Source of the DNA: a virus
Length of the DNA stretch: 64,000 nt
IMG/VR virus record: IMGVR_UViG_3300045988_111617
Strand: one strand, 5' to 3'
Shown piece after piece: positions 38,001-46,399 of the stretch. A program made the translations under genes and the position numbers. The notes under the pieces were generated by a model, which worked only from the letters and a program-made list of their open reading frames with translations, did no database searches and was not told where the DNA came from. Position 1 is the stretch's first letter. Every line of letters starts with the position of its first letter.

Positions 38001-41000
38001 TGCTCTTGCTCAAACTCAGCTTATTGAGCTTACTACCACAGACCTTGCTTATTATAAGGATATGAGGGACTTCCAGAAAAGGTTTAAAGAGGTTTATGCA
38101 CAAACTCTTAAACTCAATACTGAAGCAACTTTTAATGGTGAAAAGGTGGGAAGGCAAAAAGGAAGAGTAGCTTATTTGAAGGACTTGAAGATGGTTGCTC
38201 CTTCTAAAGAAGCCTTAAAGCAAATGCTTGAAGGTAGAGTAGAAGCAGGTGCAATATCTGAACTGGATAAAGATGCTATATTAAATCACTTTAATAAGGT
38301 TAATGTTGCAGATGCCCAAGCTTATAGAACCCTTGATTCTTATAGAAGAGTGTTAGTTATGTCTGGTAGGTGGACTCAAACAGATGAGGATGCTATGAAC
38401 AGACTTAAAAATGGCACTTGGAATATTAGGGATTTCAATACTATTTGGCAAACTATTAAACCATTTATGTATACACAAGGACCTAGGCCTTCTGGAGTAG
38501 CTGATTATGGAAATATAAAAGTTCCTTCTCAGTATAAAAACTCTGAGTTCCTACTTCTTGCTATGTATAATACCATTGCTACTCCTTTACAGGATTCTTC
38601 AGTATTGAGAGCTATTAATGAATTTATGGAAGAGAATGATATTGATATAGTGATGTTTGAATCTGCTGTAAAAGCAGGTAATCAAGCTCCTATTAAGATA
38701 GATATAAATATGTCTCTTCCTGATATTAAGAATCTCTTAAATTCTAAAATTAAGAATTCTGATGGCTCTGAGAATGCAGAAGTTATTCATGAGTTTGATT
38801 ATGAAGATTATGGTATCCAAGTTGAGACTCCTGAACATATGGTAGATAAATACCAGTTGTTTGGTACCCAAATTAGGAAACTTATTTCTTCAGATATGGC
38901 TGATGACATTGAAATTTCCCTCTTTGGTTCTAAAAAGAAATTCTCAAAAGCTGAATGGTGGACTATGTATAATGGGCTCATTACTGCCAATGTTGTAGAT
39001 TCATATAATGAGGTAGCTAAAGAGTTTTCTTCAATAGAACATGTTGCAGAAATAATCCAGAGTGAGCTTAAAGGTAATACCAGATATAGTGATGAGATAA
39101 AGAAAGCTTGTGAATTAATAGAAGTAACAAACCCTCTTACAGGGGAGACTGAGAAAGTATTTAATCTTCCTCTTTATGACCCAGTACAAAGTGAGAGAGT
39201 TCAGCATCTTTTAAATAGTATAATTAAGAAGAAAGTTGTAAAACAAACTATAAAAGGAGGAACAGGAATTCAGGTATCTGCTTATGGTTTAACTGATAAG
39301 CTTTCCATTGTTTGGGAAGGAGAAGGGAAAAACAGAAGGATGAAGTATATGGAGTGTTATCTTCCAGCTTATTCTAAGGAATTCTTTGAACCTTTGATGA
39401 AGTTTAAAACAGTGAATGGAGAACAAGTTGGTTATTTGGATATTAATGAATTACCAAATGAACTTAGAAGAATCATAGGATACAGAATCCCAACTGAAGA
39501 TAAATATAGTATGGCTCCTTTATATATTAAAGGATTTCTTCCACAGGAAAATGGTTCTATGATTATGCTTCCAGCAGAAATAACTGAACTCACTGGTTCA
39601 GATTTTGATGTTGATAAGTTTTATCTTATGTTTCCTGAATTCTATATTCAAAAGTTCAATTATTCTAGAGCTAAAGAGGATTTCCAAAGGTTAAACAAAA
39701 TAACTGATGAGGTAGCATCTTGGTTCAAGAACAGTGACCTCAAAGAAGCTTTTGATGAAGCTCCTCAAAGTTTTAAAGAATGGTTTGAAGATAACAAAAA
39801 ATCTTATAGATATGATAAACCTAGAATAATATATAATAGGTATGATTATTCAAAATCTACAAGAGAGAATTCAGTACAACAGAGAAATAATCAGCTTATT
39901 AATATGATTTGGGGAGTACTTACTAACCCAGATACTGTTGAGAAGCAATTAAACCCTGGCAATTTTGAAAAGGCTAAAATAGCTGCTAGAATTTGTAGTA
40001 TTGCAAATAATGCAGACTCTACTAAGTTAATGAGTCTTTTAGGAATTACAGATAAAGAACTTATATATGATACTCTTGCTAAACTTTCCTTAGATGAATT
40101 GGATGCTATTTCTTCTTCATTCATTGGAGTACTTAGTCCTATAAATCCAACTACTCAATTATTCTTTCATAGTCAAAATGCTACAGGAGGTAAGATGATT
40201 GGTATTTATGCAAATAATAATGCTAGTCATGCAATAGTGCAGCACACTAAACTTTCTTGTATTCCATTTATTATTGATGGGCATACATATAATTCTCTTC
40301 ATTCTATAAAGAATGAAAGAGGTAATTATATTACAAGAAATATTTCTAACTTCCTTGCAGCTTCTGTGGATAATGTAAAAGACCCTGTGCTTAAAGACCT
40401 TATGCAAGACACTATTACAGGAGATTTATCTTGTTTTATGTTAAGGGCAGGAGTAGAACCTAATGAAGTAGGATTATTTATGAACCAGCCTATTGTCAAA
40501 GAAATTATAGAAGCTTTGAGAAAAAATGAATTTGGTGATAGAAAGACTATTATAAATTCTGTGATAGATTCTTGGGCTAAACAAAGACAATGGAAAACTT
40601 CTAAAGAAGATGCAGAAAGATATAAGAATCTTTATTCAGAAGATTTATTCAATGCAATTCTTTTTGAAAAAGATATGCAAAGAACATTTGATGAAAATGC
40701 AACTAAAGAAGAACAAAATTGGTTTAATTTCCAATTATATGTAGGAAATGCTTTCAAGAACATGTACGCAACCAGTAATGATTTATCTGAACTTACTGCT
40801 ATTATGAGGGCAGATACTTCAAATGGTTCTGCTGGACCAAGTAATGCAGATACTTATAATAAGATTAACAGAATATTAAGATTTCAAGAGAGGATGCAGT
40901 CTGATAGGTTTAATCTTATAAACGCAGATTTAATCAGCTTTAGTTATCCAAAAGAAGGAGAGGATATTTATGACTCATGTATGAAAACTTCTTTACCATT

Positions 41001-42276
41001 CCTAAATGCCTTTACTAATGCAGGAATTGGAGGAACAATGGTCTTAATGAAGAAGTATTTTCCTCATTTCAATGCCTCTATATACAACATGCTATTTGAC
41101 CCAGAATTTGGATTGACTACATATTTAAAAGAGGGCAGAACTAATACGAAGTTTATAAATACTGTTCTTAATGATTTACTAGTATATGTAATGTCTAAAA
41201 CACAGTTCTTTAACTCTTATGTAGATAATGTGGGGAATGTACATACTGGAATTGAAAACAGAAAGAGATTCATAATAGATTTTCCTAATGAATTTATTAA
41301 AATAGTTAATGAAAATCCAGATATTGCTGAGAATAGATTTGTATCAAGAATTAGATTGAAATATCCTAAGAGAGGAGCAAATGGAAAACTTCCAATAGCA
41401 TCTTTGGCATTTAGAAATTCTGGTAAACTCAGTACAATACAGAGGGATATGTATTCGAGAGACTGGCTGTCTTTATTATATAGTCCTAATCCAAAAGCTG
41501 TAGAACTTGGATTGAACTTATTTAAGTATGCTTCTTTCATGGGAGGATTTGGATTTGGTCCAAATTCATTTATACATATGGCTCCTGTACTCCTGAGAAA
41601 GGCAATTCCAGGATATGAGCAAACACTTAGGAATCTTGTAAAGAAAGATGACTACTTTCCTTTCATTAGACAGTTTATATTGAATCATATGGATATGCCT
41701 AATTTAGTTCCTCAGTATGCTGAAAAAGACCTTTCTGGAATTACTTATTCAAATTATGACAGAAATTTTGAAGCTACTCCTAATAATCCTTCTTTTATTA
41801 AAGAGCAGATGACTACTACTGATGAAAGTAAGAATATGATATTAATGAATAAATTAATTCCTTTTATAAGTATCATAAAATCTAATGGGGAATTAGCTTA
41901 TTTTGAAGCAGATTCTTGGTATGTAGCAGATGGACAACCTATCAGGTATCATAAAGTCAGTCCACTTGGATTTAAAGGTAAAGTATTGGAGTATGAATAT
42001 GGAAAACCTAATTTGGACTCCGTATTTTATAAAGTTCAAAGACTCAAAGAAGACATGGTTTCATCTACTTTTGAAGATGGGGAAGATGGACTCCCTAGCA
42101 AGGAAATTGCTCCATATGATTCTGTTGAGCAAATTGAGGCTCCTATTCCAGAAGGATTTGATATAAGCTTTAAACAAAATATTGAAGATTATGAAGCAGC
42201 TCCAGTAGAAGATGCAAATGGACAAATAAGTTGTGGAGGATTTGATTTGGAAGGTTCTCCTTTGTTTAAGTTATAA
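35041..42276 (+). CDS. giant virion-type RNA polymerase-like protein (crAss-like, two-barrel RNAP candidate)
   Basis: 2411-aa ORF; GSDFDVDKF (nt 39601-39615) resembles the NADFDGD metal-binding motif of the RNAP beta-prime DPBB; size and placement match the giant RNAP genes of crAss-like phages. Confidence 0.5.
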   Translation: MNSGINCVVDTPILQELYNKVKNKVESYEEFKTLVSLWWRREKQKNPQFDYEVYPSPDKIDSLLAERTNKKEEGVDSTISYTPKGKRTQVYTIKGSHIYNRDGKEVFAKDSIDRNKIFANFAVKSGRAVVVEHNNSRYVVNDRNQIISVTTGKMMQWDEKNKDRNAIIKAAQEKFNGRKSAEVEEAPIFEDNETSSEERGTAINNFIPFSEEIEELSLEERGLTPAINPNDLEAKADVAFGTPQRRRDRVNLIANAIRQNFSIEFERQKRVLQERLSSETDADKIVELQEQLDTLDEKRAVELGFNNILVRIRKMFQPKDSLPAYYNSEFVKLQDNWDTVVAEALELLKETDGLAVDFIETNFDDGTQIDEESGDYFDDDSQKEYGYKDGWMTKARFVDQRDSLSKKVRKIIWTTDKIGFDGKPEIDDLGFKRYLQPDMVQATLLQAFGQSRNSEHFWKILNDLAKRKKWVQPLIDRLNKEEDTKSQFYQNFRKEFMPYWVQLQKEVKNTDGEVISVVTQTKRVNKIPGIMHMLDEWRDNYEEGSKLDELSVYKEGQQLDKDNASKAFDYISELQNSYPEDVNEWIESDDNLNKVMRALHMAGITADAEVVREALKGEDLQDGTQRLDKIYQLLSGMFRDIKEDKVGKTVSSDGTVQYDDLLNAYDSTYTIIAKIIDTIPEDSVLSSFREAGNSYQSYSAPSYLGKLINNLKNLDGTAESLNKFYQEQYGQYKWFYSRNTGYRSSWLRQLVNSQSKRDLLDRKVILHSGKLEFNDWGNSEYAKVMISEFLSTADNNSAWYYLPLLADAESAEFIKFTKYTDSSVQDESGNYIPYDKLILNELEDVVRQEYDRIMLVRQREGKVNPIANFDIIRDKDGEEIGVVRNADGDIISRNTGNEFKFFPALNTYKINGRLFIDVLQEKILRNDSDVASFIQSALSDIMESGFAKFMKTMDEAGVLETNNGVSKYFQMKASELEGTLRNFYWNNALAQTQLIELTTTDLAYYKDMRDFQKRFKEVYAQTLKLNTEATFNGEKVGRQKGRVAYLKDLKMVAPSKEALKQMLEGRVEAGAISELDKDAILNHFNKVNVADAQAYRTLDSYRRVLVMSGRWTQTDEDAMNRLKNGTWNIRDFNTIWQTIKPFMYTQGPRPSGVADYGNIKVPSQYKNSEFLLLAMYNTIATPLQDSSVLRAINEFMEENDIDIVMFESAVKAGNQAPIKIDINMSLPDIKNLLNSKIKNSDGSENAEVIHEFDYEDYGIQVETPEHMVDKYQLFGTQIRKLISSDMADDIEISLFGSKKKFSKAEWWTMYNGLITANVVDSYNEVAKEFSSIEHVAEIIQSELKGNTRYSDEIKKACELIEVTNPLTGETEKVFNLPLYDPVQSERVQHLLNSIIKKKVVKQTIKGGTGIQVSAYGLTDKLSIVWEGEGKNRRMKYMECYLPAYSKEFFEPLMKFKTVNGEQVGYLDINELPNELRRIIGYRIPTEDKYSMAPLYIKGFLPQENGSMIMLPAEITELTGSDFDVDKFYLMFPEFYIQKFNYSRAKEDFQRLNKITDEVASWFKNSDLKEAFDEAPQSFKEWFEDNKKSYRYDKPRIIYNRYDYSKSTRENSVQQRNNQLINMIWGVLTNPDTVEKQLNPGNFEKAKIAARICSIANNADSTKLMSLLGITDKELIYDTLAKLSLDELDAISSSFIGVLSPINPTTQLFFHSQNATGGKMIGIYANNNASHAIVQHTKLSCIPFIIDGHTYNSLHSIKNERGNYITRNISNFLAASVDNVKDPVLKDLMQDTITGDLSCFMLRAGVEPNEVGLFMNQPIVKEIIEALRKNEFGDRKTIINSVIDSWAKQRQWKTSKEDAERYKNLYSEDLFNAILFEKDMQRTFDENATKEEQNWFNFQLYVGNAFKNMYATSNDLSELTAIMRADTSNGSAGPSNADTYNKINRILRFQERMQSDRFNLINADLISFSYPKEGEDIYDSCMKTSLPFLNAFTNAGIGGTMVLMKKYFPHFNASIYNMLFDPEFGLTTYLKEGRTNTKFINTVLNDLLVYVMSKTQFFNSYVDNVGNVHTGIENRKRFIIDFPNEFIKIVNENPDIAENRFVSRIRLKYPKRGANGKLPIASLAFRNSGKLSTIQRDMYSRDWLSLLYSPNPKAVELGLNLFKYASFMGGFGFGPNSFIHMAPVLLRKAIPGYEQTLRNLVKKDDYFPFIRQFILNHMDMPNLVPQYAEKDLSGITYSNYDRNFEATPNNPSFIKEQMTTTDESKNMILMNKLIPFISIIKSNGELAYFEADSWYVADGQPIRYHKVSPLGFKGKVLEYEYGKPNLDSVFYKVQRLKEDMVSSTFEDGEDGLPSKEIAPYDSVEQIEAPIPEGFDISFKQNIEDYEAAPVEDANGQISCGGFDLEGSPLFKL

Positions 42277-42279
42277 TTT

Positions 42280-45200
42280 ATGAAAAGTTGTGCAGTTATT
42301 CCCCAAATAAAGGGAAAAGATGGTAATGTAAAAGATAGCAAGTTATTTAAGGACTTGCTATCCTTTACTAATAATAATAGAGAGCAAACTAATAGGCTTT
42401 ATTATATTACTAAAAATCCTAAATTTCAATCAGACTATTCTGATATTCTTAAATATGATGATTTAGGAGAAGTAACTATGAATAGTCTCTTAAAGTTAGA
42501 CCTGTCTTCTATGTTAGAAGAGGGTAATCTTAAAAGAAAAATTTCTGAGAATTATGGATTTTTTGAAAAAGGGGCTCCTGTTGTATTAGATGATACTACT
42601 GAAAATTACAACAGTTTAGTAGAAAAAGCTATTTCTTTTAATGCTTCTTCTGAATATAAAGATAATTTTTCTGCTATTATTAGAAGAACTCCAGAAAGAG
42701 GTATCTATGTTTCTTTGGAAAAATCTACTACAGAGAATCAAGTTTTGGCTCAAAAAATGGCAGCTTCCTATAATCTCAATAAAAAGATTAGAGACTTTTT
42801 AGGAAAGAATGGTATTTCAGTAGGTGCTTTGAATTCTCTAGATTTAGCACTTGGAAGAAGTGGAGTAACAGATTTTTCAAAAGCTTTTAAAGAGGGTGAA
42901 GGTATAGCTGAACTTATAAGAATAGCTAATGGAAGTAGAGGAGAAGAAGTTCTTCCAGAGGAATTTGCTCATTTTATAATAGAGTCTATGGAGAATGAAC
43001 CAGTGGTTTCAAGACTCCTTAATCTCATGAGTAATAGGGAATTAGCTGAAAGTGTTTTAGGAGATTCATATGGTGCATATGAAACACTAACTGATAAGGC
43101 ACTTGCTCATGAAGCAGCTGCAAGGTTGCTTTTGGATAGTATATATGAGTTAAATAATCTTCAAAAAGGGGTTTGGAGTAGTCTTCTTTCTAGAGTAAAA
43201 AGTAGATTCAATAGTAAATTCTCAAAAATGGATGCAGAGAGTCTTTTGAGAAGTGTAGGGGAAGCTAAAGCAGCAGCTCAGCAATTAGCTACTAACTTAC
43301 CTCTACAAAAAATTTCCTTCCAAATAAATGATAGACAGTTATCTCATATAGATGAAAAATTAGATAGTATAAAAAAGCTTCTCAAAAGATTACAAGAACA
43401 AGAAATAAAAAGATACCACATTTATAAAACCAGAACTACTAAAAGAGGAATTAAGAAGGACTCTTCTGGATTCCAGGCTTCCCAAAGACAATTTATAAAT
43501 TTGCTTGAGAGTCATTTAATGTCTGGTAAATTTATGGAAGGTATAGTATTCTACTTACAAGAAGCCAGTGATACAATAAAATCCATAAAGAACTTATATG
43601 AAAAATTACAAACTCCTTCTCTTAGTTTTGAGGAAGAAGCTAGGTATTTGAGAGAAATAGGGAACTACATTGGAACCTATAGTACTACTATCCAAGATAT
43701 TAGAAGTACTCTTAATGAGGGAGTGTTGGATGACCAAGAATTAGGTCCTGAAATTAAAGCTTTAGTAACTAATATTAGTGAGACTTTAAGTAGGGATAAA
43801 ACACATCTTGGAGAATTATCTTTTAGGCACTTTAATAATTTCTTGCAGAAGTATTTTCCTAATGAAGGTATAGATATTACTTTTAAAGGTAAAGAACAAC
43901 ATATTGGAAGAGAGGATTTAAAAAATCTTTTGAAGCACACAGATTATGACCCATCATTAATTAATATATGGATAAATAGTGCTGCTGAAACTAATGATAT
44001 TATTATAAAACTTGCTGATTCAATTATAAAGAAATATAAAGATAGAGCAAGAAATGAAACCATAGCTCTGAGAAAAAGGATTCAAGTTGCTGCCCAAAAA
44101 TTAAGAGCAGCAGGAATATCTAATGAGGATTTCATGTTTGAGAAAAATAGTAAGGGGGAATATACCCATAACTATGTATCTGAAATTCAATGGGCCAAAT
44201 TCAAAGAAGCTCAGAGAGATATGTACAAAAGAGTGGAACAGAAATATGGGAAAGAGCCTGTAGGAGATAATTTAGATAAGAGAAATATGGAAATATCTCA
44301 ATGGTATAGAGATAATACCAATGAGCAACATCTTCCTAATAGTAAATATAGAAATCCTAACTTCCTTTCTGGAGCTCAATTAGCTTATTACAATGAGTTC
44401 ATGGCTATAAGAGAAGAGCTTCTTAATTTACTTCCACCTAATATATATGTAGAACCAGGTAAAATGGAAGACCCTATGAGAGCTATACAAGTTAGAAGAG
44501 ACTTTGTAGATAGACTCTCACATTCTCCTGTAGAAAATTGGTGGGGTGAAATTAAAGACTCTTTGGCAGACACTATAATAAGAAGAGAAGATGACACTGA
44601 ATTTGGAGTTAAATTAGCTCCTCAGGACTTTACTGGAAGAGAATTAATGTCTTTACCTATATTCTTTACTAAAAAAGTAGAAAGGGCTTCTGATTTAAGT
44701 CATGATACAGTATCCACTCTTATAATGTTTGCAGATTCTGTTTATAATTATTCCAATTTATCTGAAATAGTAGATTCTTTAGAGGTAGGAAGAGATGTTA
44801 TGATGAGCCAGTGGGGTAAAGAATTTGGTAGAACTGCATCTAAAGAATTAGGAGGGAAGCCAGTTGTATCAATGGTCAGAGAATTTGGTAATACTGTTGT
44901 TGAAAAATTAAGTAAAGATAATGCTAATTTCATCACCGCTTATAATAATCTATTGGATTCCCAAGTATATGGAAGATACCTTAAAGATGAGGGAACCATA
45001 GGTAATACTAAAGTAGATAAACAAAAGGCTGCATCTTTTTGGAATAGGGTAGCCTCTCTTAATCAATTAGCTTTGAGTGCTTTAGCTGCAATGGCAGCTT
45101 CTGCTCAGGATATGGCTAATGTGAATCAAGAAGCAGTAGCTGGTGAGTTTTTTAGTGCAGGAGAATTATTTAAAGCAGATAATATATACTTTTTTAAAGG

Positions 45201-46338
45201 GCTTCCAGGCATTTTAAAGGAAATCGGAACGGATATAAAATCATCTAAACTTTCTTTGTTCATAGAAAAATTTGATATTCTTCATGATTATGAAAATGAA
45301 GTAAGAGAATTATCTTTTGGTAAAGGTTGGTTTAAGAAAATGCTTAGTTCTAACACTCTGTATTTTATGTTGAGAATGGGTTCTCATTGGGGAGAAACTA
45401 GAACAGCTTTAGCTCAAGCACTTCATATGAAACTCAAAGATTCAGGAGGAAATCAAATAAATCTTTGGGATGCTCTTGAAGTTAAACCTATAGACTCTTC
45501 TCATCCAGAATATGGAGCTACCTTAGAATTGAAAAAAGGGGTACTTAAAGAAGATGGAACTGAACTTACAGAAGCAGACTTTGAGCAGTTTAAAAACAAA
45601 TGTATGGCTTTAAATCAAAAATTATATGGTATATATAATCAGGCTGATAAAAATGCTTTACAAAGAACTGCTATAGGTAAATTAGCTTTCTTATACAGAA
45701 GCTGGATGATACCTGCTATCAATAGAAGATTTGGAGGAGCACAGTATAACTTCATGTTAAACTCTGACACAGAAGGTTATTATAGAACTCTGGGTAAATT
45801 TTTATGGAGCACTCTGAAAGATTTAAAAGAATTTAAATTCACTGCAATAGCTTATTGGCACGAGATGTCTGATGCAGAAAAGGCTAATATGGCTAGAGCT
45901 TTGACTGAACTAACCACTTTTGCAGTATTAATAGCAGCAAATAGCTTCTTACTTTCTGATTGGGATGATAAGAAAAACCCTTGGGTAATGAGGAATTTAG
46001 CCTACTTGTCAAGAAGGTTACAAACTGAAGTAGGAGCTATGGCACCTACTCCATTAATATTTGATGAGGCTTTCAAGATTCTTAAATCACCAATGGCAGG
46101 TATAGACCCAGCAGAAGGACTACTTAACTTTGTATGGAATGCTGTTAATCCTTGGCATTGGGGGCTTGAAACAGACTTTATGGGATTAGGAGATGAAGAG
46201 AGACTTATAAAAGGAGGTAAATATAAAGACCATTCTAAATTATATAAATCCTTTATGAATTCTCCATTCTTACCTATGAAGAGGTCTATTGAGAGGGCTA
46301 TAAATCCAGAAGAGAGTATGCCTTTCTTCAACAATTAA
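42280..46338 (+). CDS. giant virion/ejection protein (1352 aa)
   Basis: Uninterrupted ORF directly after the RNAP gene; no motif recognised. Confidence 0.55.
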   Translation: MKSCAVIPQIKGKDGNVKDSKLFKDLLSFTNNNREQTNRLYYITKNPKFQSDYSDILKYDDLGEVTMNSLLKLDLSSMLEEGNLKRKISENYGFFEKGAPVVLDDTTENYNSLVEKAISFNASSEYKDNFSAIIRRTPERGIYVSLEKSTTENQVLAQKMAASYNLNKKIRDFLGKNGISVGALNSLDLALGRSGVTDFSKAFKEGEGIAELIRIANGSRGEEVLPEEFAHFIIESMENEPVVSRLLNLMSNRELAESVLGDSYGAYETLTDKALAHEAAARLLLDSIYELNNLQKGVWSSLLSRVKSRFNSKFSKMDAESLLRSVGEAKAAAQQLATNLPLQKISFQINDRQLSHIDEKLDSIKKLLKRLQEQEIKRYHIYKTRTTKRGIKKDSSGFQASQRQFINLLESHLMSGKFMEGIVFYLQEASDTIKSIKNLYEKLQTPSLSFEEEARYLREIGNYIGTYSTTIQDIRSTLNEGVLDDQELGPEIKALVTNISETLSRDKTHLGELSFRHFNNFLQKYFPNEGIDITFKGKEQHIGREDLKNLLKHTDYDPSLINIWINSAAETNDIIIKLADSIIKKYKDRARNETIALRKRIQVAAQKLRAAGISNEDFMFEKNSKGEYTHNYVSEIQWAKFKEAQRDMYKRVEQKYGKEPVGDNLDKRNMEISQWYRDNTNEQHLPNSKYRNPNFLSGAQLAYYNEFMAIREELLNLLPPNIYVEPGKMEDPMRAIQVRRDFVDRLSHSPVENWWGEIKDSLADTIIRREDDTEFGVKLAPQDFTGRELMSLPIFFTKKVERASDLSHDTVSTLIMFADSVYNYSNLSEIVDSLEVGRDVMMSQWGKEFGRTASKELGGKPVVSMVREFGNTVVEKLSKDNANFITAYNNLLDSQVYGRYLKDEGTIGNTKVDKQKAASFWNRVASLNQLALSALAAMAASAQDMANVNQEAVAGEFFSAGELFKADNIYFFKGLPGILKEIGTDIKSSKLSLFIEKFDILHDYENEVRELSFGKGWFKKMLSSNTLYFMLRMGSHWGETRTALAQALHMKLKDSGGNQINLWDALEVKPIDSSHPEYGATLELKKGVLKEDGTELTEADFEQFKNKCMALNQKLYGIYNQADKNALQRTAIGKLAFLYRSWMIPAINRRFGGAQYNFMLNSDTEGYYRTLGKFLWSTLKDLKEFKFTAIAYWHEMSDAEKANMARALTELTTFAVLIAANSFLLSDWDDKKNPWVMRNLAYLSRRLQTEVGAMAPTPLIFDEAFKILKSPMAGIDPAEGLLNFVWNAVNPWHWGLETDFMGLGDEERLIKGGKYKDHSKLYKSFMNSPFLPMKRSIERAINPEESMPFFNN

Positions 46339-46342
46339 TAAC

Positions 46343-46379
46343 AAAAAAAAGAGACTCAGTTTTGAGTCTCTTTTTTTTT
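46343..46379. terminator. bidirectional rho-independent terminator between convergent gene blocks
   Basis: aaaaaaaa-gagactca-gttt-tgagtctc-ttttttttt. Confidence 0.75.
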
Positions 46380-46399
46380 ATTTTACCCCTAGAAAAAAT

